From positions 4,896,001-4,960,000 of the forward strand of contig OY970067.1 of the NCBI GenBank assembly GCA_963705305.1: DNA of 64,000 bases. Reading direction: 5' to 3'. Shown here in pieces: positions 59,827-64,000 of the stretch. This DNA comes from an uncultured Methylomirabilota bacterium. Lineage in GTDB: Bacteria > Methylomirabilota > Methylomirabilia > Methylomirabilales > 2-02-FULL-66-22. Position 1 is the stretch's first letter, and every line of letters begins with the position of its first letter. Below the pieces are notes generated by a model. The model made no database searches. It saw nothing but the letters and a program-made list of their open reading frames with translations, and was not told where the DNA came from. A program made the position numbers and the translations under genes.

Positions 59827-61511
59827 CGCTTCGGCGCCCTCCCCCTCGGATCCTCCATGAAATCGGCGTTGCTGGTCCCCGGCTGGACCATGGGGTAGAC
59901 GTTCTCGGCCCCCTCCACCAGGCAGTCCAGGAGGAAGGGGCCGCTGTGCTCCGCTGCGGCGGCGAACGCGGCCGGCAGCTCGCTCGTGGCGGTGACGCGC
60001 CGCGCCGGGATGCCGTAGCTGGCGGCCAACTGGACGTAGTCGGGGCTGCTGATGGGGGTGCCGATGTACCGGGCCCCGTGGAACAGCTCCTGCCACTGCC
60101 GAACCATGCCCAGGTACCCGTTGTTCATGATGACGATCTTGAGCGGCAGCCGCTCCTGGGTCACCGTGGCCAACTCCTGGAGGTTCATCTGGAAGCTTCC
60201 GTCCCCGACGACGACCCAGACCGGCTCGCCGATGCGGGCGGCCTGCACCCCCAGCGCGGCGGGCAGCGAGTACCCCATGGTGCCCAGGCCGCCGGAGGTG
60301 AAGAAGCTGTTGAGGCGCCGGAACTGGTAGAACTGGGCCACCCACATCTGGTGCTGGCCGACATCGCTCACCACGGCGGCCTCCCCCCCCGTGGCCCGGT
60401 GCAGCGCGCGGATAACCTCCTGCGGGGGCAGGGCGCCCTGGCTGTGGACCTCCAACGGGTGGCCCTGCCGGAAGGTCTCGATGTGCGCCAGCCAGTCGCG
60501 GTGGTCCAGCTCGGGTAGCTCCGCCGTCAGCGCCTCCAGCACCAGCTTGACGTCGCCCACCATGGGCAGGGTGGCGGGCACCCGCTTGCCGATCTCGGCG
60601 GGATCGATGTCCACGTGCAGCAGCTTGGCCTTGGGGGCAAAGTGCGGGAGGCTGCCGGTGAACCGGTCGTCCATCCGCATTCCCAGAGCGATGAGCAGGT
60701 CGGCGTCCTGCACGGCCAGGTTGGCCCAGGCCACCCCGTGCATGCCCGCCATCCCGAGGTGGAGCGGGTGGTCCGCCGAGAGGGCGCTCAGCCCCAGCAG
60801 GGTGCTCACCACGGGGGTGGTGGTCCGCTCGGCAAACCGGCGCAGCTCTTCCCAGGCCTTGCCCACGTGGACGCCGTGCCCGGCGATCACGACGGGGCGC
60901 TGAGCATCCGCGATCAGCTCCGCCGCGCGCTTGATCTGGTAGGGGGCGGAGCGCACCACCGGGCGATACCCCGGACGCGCGATCCGCTCCGGCTCTTTGA
61001 GGGCGCAGGGGGCCGTGAGGACGTCCTTGGGGATATCCACCAGCACCGGGCCGGGCCGGCCGGTCCGCGCCAGGAAGAAGGCCTCCCGGAGGACGCGCGC
61101 CAGGTCTTGACCCTGCCGCACCAGGTAGTTGTGCTTGGTGATGGGCAAGGTGATGCCCGTGATGTTGATCTCTTGGAAGGCGTCTGTCCCGATCACCGGA
61201 TCGGCAACCTGCGCCGTGACGGCCAGCATCGGCACGGAGTCCAGCATGGCCGTGGCAATGCCGGTGACCAGATTGGTGGCCCCCGGTCCCGAGGTCGCCA
61301 CGCAGACCCCCACCCGGCCGGTGGCCCGTGCATAGCCGTCGGCCGCGTGGGCGGCGGCCTGCTCGTGCCGCACCAGGACGTGATGGATCTGCGGGTACTT
61401 GCCGAGCGCGTCGAACATGGGGAGGGCGGCCCCGCCAGGATACGCCCAGATGACATCCACCCCCTCACGGACGAGGCATTCCCAGAGCACTTCCCCACCG
61501 GTGTAGCGCAT
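59823..61511 (-). CDS. ilvB: Acetolactate synthase large subunit
   Basis: YPGGAALP, RHEQAAAHAADGYAR, TSGPGATN, GMHG, DVGQHQMW, GDGSFQMN...NNGYLG. Confidence 0.95.
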   Translation of the reverse strand: MRYTGGEVLWECLVREGVDVIWAYPGGAALPMFDALGKYPQIHHVLVRHEQAAAHAADGYARATGRVGVCVATSGPGATNLVTGIATAMLDSVPMLAVTAQVADPVIGTDAFQEINITGITLPITKHNYLVRQGQDLARVLREAFFLARTGRPGPVLVDIPKDVLTAPCALKEPERIARPGYRPVVRSAPYQIKRAAELIADAQRPVVIAGHGVHVGKAWEELRRFAERTTTPVVSTLLGLSALSADHPLHLGMAGMHGVAWANLAVQDADLLIALGMRMDDRFTGSLPHFAPKAKLLHVDIDPAEIGKRVPATLPMVGDVKLVLEALTAELPELDHRDWLAHIETFRQGHPLEVHSQGALPPQEVIRALHRATGGEAAVVSDVGQHQMWVAQFYQFRRLNSFFTSGGLGTMGYSLPAALGVQAARIGEPVWVVVGDGSFQMNLQELATVTQERLPLKIVIMNNGYLGMVRQWQELFHGARYIGTPISSPDYVQLAASYGIPARRVTATSELPAAFAAAAEHSGPFLLDCLVEGAENVYPMVQPGTSNADFMEDPRGRAPKR

Positions 61512-61674
61512 GGTCGGCTGCCGCCCTCCTCCTGGATTGCCCCCGGCCGGCGCGCGGGCGGGCCGGACAGACGGCAGTTCACATTGATGGGCCGAATCGG
61601 ATCTGCGGACCACCCGAAAGGCGTCCGGGCCAGGACAAGAATCGCAGCCCCCCCTCGCCTCCGGCGTGAGGGGG

Positions 61675-61703
61675 ACCATACCAGCGGCCGCCGCTCCGGT
61701 CAA
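61675..61703 (-). promoter_or_regulatory. Candidate sigma70 promoter of ilvB
   Basis: Minus-strand TTGACC-17bp-TATGGT. Confidence 0.5.
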
Positions 61704-61765
61704 GGGCGGAGTGACCCCCGACGGTTCCCGGCACCCTCAGGGCGAGACCGGCTCTCCCCGTTGCT

Positions 61766-62061
61766 CTGGCAGGTTGCTGAAAAGCTCTTTTCGCTGAGGC
61801 TGCTCAAAAAGGCCCAGATGTCCCTCGACTTCGCTCGGGACCGTGAGCGGTTCGACTGTGCTCACCGCCCTGAGCTTGTCGAAGGGCCTGTCGAACGGCA
61901 AGGCGGCCTCACCCATCCAGCGGGATGGGTACCCGGGGCGGGGCACCCGCCACAGGCGGGTCAAGGCGTACTTCCACTACGCCGCAGCGAGTGCCCGAGC
62001 GCGGGGGTACCCATCCGGAGGATGGGTCTCCGCAGATGGGCCTTTTTCAGCAGCCTGCCAG
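61766..62061. repeat. Nested palindromic (REP/MITE-like) element
   Basis: Outer inverted repeat GGCAGGTTGCTGAAAA / TTTTCAGCAGCCTGCC enclosing several hairpins; partial copies at 40650-40664 and 63890-63929. Confidence 0.8.
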
Positions 62062-62847
62062 GAACTCGTCCACCACCCGCCGGGTCTGCTCCAGCGTTTC
62101 CCGGGTGTGCAGCTCCAGCACCCAGAAGTCGCAGCCGGCGGCGACCAGGCCGTCAAGGGCTTCGCGGATGTCCGCCAGGCCCTGGGGGGCAAAGTGGACG
62201 TCGTGTCGCTCCACGAGATACACGTGGCTGGACAAGATGGGCGTGGGAATGCTCCGCAGGAACTCGATGGCCGTCCCCCGCCCCTCCCGCACCCAGGCAC
62301 TTCCCTGGGCGTGACCGAGATCGAAGGTCACCGGCGCCCCCGTGGCCTTGAGCAGCCGGCCGAATGTCTCGGGATCGCTGGTCGGCCCGCCCCGCAAATT
62401 CTCCAGGGTGATGCGGGTGCCCCGCCGTGCGGCATGCTCCGACAGGCGCCCGACATTCTTGAGCAGGGTCTCCCAGGACAGCTCCTCCGGCTCCGGTGCG
62501 AAGGAGCCGACGTGAAGGTTCAAATGATGGACGCCCAGCTCCGCGGCGGCGTCAACGTACGCTTCGAGGACACGGGAGGCCGCCGCCGCGTGATCCGGGT
62601 CCCGGTGGCCGATCTCCAGGTCGGTGTAGGGGGCATGCGCCGAGGAGAGCGGGCTGGCCGTTCGCAGCTCTTCCAGCCGTCGCTCGCGCCGCTTCCGCGG
62701 AACCATCAGCCGCCAGCCGTCCCAGGCCCACTCCACCCCGTCGTAGGCATGCGAGACGGCATATTCCTGAATGGCGCGCAGATCCTTCCCGAACGGGGTC
62801 TGGCAAAACAAGAGATGTGGACGCATGTTCCCCATTTCCCCCCCCAT
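62047..62847 (-). CDS. Sugar phosphate isomerase/epimerase (TIM barrel) family protein
   Basis: SAHAP, NLHVG, TLENL, TFDLGHA, VLELH; start at 62847 or 62826. Confidence 0.8.
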   Translation of the reverse strand: MGGEMGNMRPHLLFCQTPFGKDLRAIQEYAVSHAYDGVEWAWDGWRLMVPRKRRERRLEELRTASPLSSAHAPYTDLEIGHRDPDHAAAASRVLEAYVDAAAELGVHHLNLHVGSFAPEPEELSWETLLKNVGRLSEHAARRGTRITLENLRGGPTSDPETFGRLLKATGAPVTFDLGHAQGSAWVREGRGTAIEFLRSIPTPILSSHVYLVERHDVHFAPQGLADIREALDGLVAAGCDFWVLELHTRETLEQTRRVVDEFLAGC

Positions 62848-62849
62848 GA

Positions 62850-63695
62850 TCACGGCGCCAGGAGGCTGGCGACCACCTCCGAGAGGGGGGGTTGCTGCCC
62901 GGCATCCTTGTAGCCGGCAAGGCGCCGGTACGCCTCCGCCGCCGCCCGCGAGAACCCGTCCGGCAGTCCTGCCGCGGCGAAAGTGTCCGCGCTCTCCTCC
63001 ATCTCGCCCACGAATCGCCAGGCCTTCCGCACGCTCCCGCGCAGGGCGGCTTCGACCCGCGCCGGAAGATCGGGCAGCGACCGTGCCCATTCCTGGAGCA
63101 AGGGTTCGTCCACCCCCTCCTTGACGGCCAGCGCACGGACTGTCAGGAGCAGGGCCGCCGCGCCCTTCGTGTAGGCTGCATAGGCCACCTTCAGGGTCGA
63201 CGCCGCTCCGACTGGACCGTCCAGGACGATCGTCTCCATGGGCCCGGACCCGAAGATGGCGGCGACGCGGCGGGCCTCCGTTCCCGAGAGATAGAGCCGG
63301 GTCGTGCCGGCTGCCTTCGGAGGCGGACCCACGATGCCCCCGTCCACACACCGGGCTCCCACCGATTCCAGTAGGGCTCCGATCGCGCGCGCCGTCGCGG
63401 GCGAGACGGCGTTGGCGTCCAGATACATCCCCGCAAACCCCAGGGCGGCGACCTTGCCGGCGAGGCCGAGCGCCGCCTGCGGCGGACAGACCGAAACGAT
63501 CACCTCGCTCTCCCGGACAATCACCGGAAGCGTGCCGGCGTCGACCAGACCGGCCGCTTCGGCACGGGCGCGGCTCTCGCGGCTCCGCCCCTCTGAGCAC
63601 CAGGACACCTTCGCACCGCCGCTCCGAAGAGCGACCCCTATGATGCTCCCCATTTCTCCCGGGTGCAGCAGACCGACCGCGATCTGACTCATCAT
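62850..63695 (-). CDS. NAD(P)-dependent oxidoreductase, 6-phosphogluconate/3-hydroxyisobutyrate DH-like (DUF1932-type C-terminus)
   Basis: GLLHPGEMG, DANAVSP, VDGGIVGPPP, ASTLKVAYAAYTKG, KAWRFVGEMEE. Confidence 0.85.
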   Translation of the reverse strand: MMSQIAVGLLHPGEMGSIIGVALRSGGAKVSWCSEGRSRESRARAEAAGLVDAGTLPVIVRESEVIVSVCPPQAALGLAGKVAALGFAGMYLDANAVSPATARAIGALLESVGARCVDGGIVGPPPKAAGTTRLYLSGTEARRVAAIFGSGPMETIVLDGPVGAASTLKVAYAAYTKGAAALLLTVRALAVKEGVDEPLLQEWARSLPDLPARVEAALRGSVRKAWRFVGEMEESADTFAAAGLPDGFSRAAAEAYRRLAGYKDAGQQPPLSEVVASLLAP

Positions 63696-63937
63696 TCCCC
63701 TCCGCGTCACGTCCAGGCAATCCTCCGATATCCCCCGCTCGAACCGCATCATAGCGGATGAAGCCCCGGTTGTCGCTCGGAAGTCCTGCCCCCAGAGGAG
63801 CCGGCCCGCCGGACTTCCACATAGCCGGAGCCTGGGGATCCACAGCGACGAACCCCCTGACATGATGCTGAAATACCTGCTTTCACCCCGGCTGCTCAAG
63901 CTGTAGATGGGCCTTTTTCAGCAGCCTGCGATCCAGC

Positions 63938-64000
63938 CTACACCTCGATCACAACTTTGCCGATGCTCTCGCCGCTCTGAAGATACCGGAGAGCCGTCGG
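63938..64000 (-). CDS. C-terminus of an MDR-family oxidoreductase (partial)
   Basis: PTALRYLQSGESIGKVVIEV* resembles MDR C-termini; only 20 codons visible. Confidence 0.55.
   Translation of the reverse strand, partial: PTALRYLQSGESIGKVVIEV

Overview
GC-rich bacterial window. The left ~40 kb is a patchwork accessory region and the right ~24 kb is mostly housekeeping and transport genes. The most notable locus is a complete His-Xaa-Ser (Hxs) RiPP-type cluster at 4251-8031. It has a precursor with a signal-peptide-like leader and six tandem H-x-S triplets, HxsD, a second HxsD-like protein and two translationally coupled radical SAM enzymes (HxsB, HxsC). Next to it lie a small basic protein and a divergent HNH nuclease / HAD 5'-nucleotidase / membrane adenylate cyclase block. 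Just past hxsC is one of three copies of an unannotated site, CTCGCA(A/C)CA-N12-TG(G/T)TGCG with accessory half-sites 54 bp away. Another copy overlaps the 3' end of a tyrosine-recombinase remnant, which suggests integrase-type recombination sites. Mobile DNA includes an IS1380 plus a 150-bp MITE sharing its ends, an IS21 that splits a secreted-protein ORF, an IS3 remnant, a ~200-bp MITE that disrupts a histone-deacetylase-family gene, two copies of a 225-bp IR-bounded element and a nested palindromic repeat. There are also several collapsed duplicate gene remnants, two-component genes, peptide and sugar ABC transporters without ATPases, an uncharacterised Fe-S gene pair, mqnD, pssA, dusB and ilvB/ilvH. 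All calls come from motif recognition by eye; no searches were run, and start codons are best estimates.
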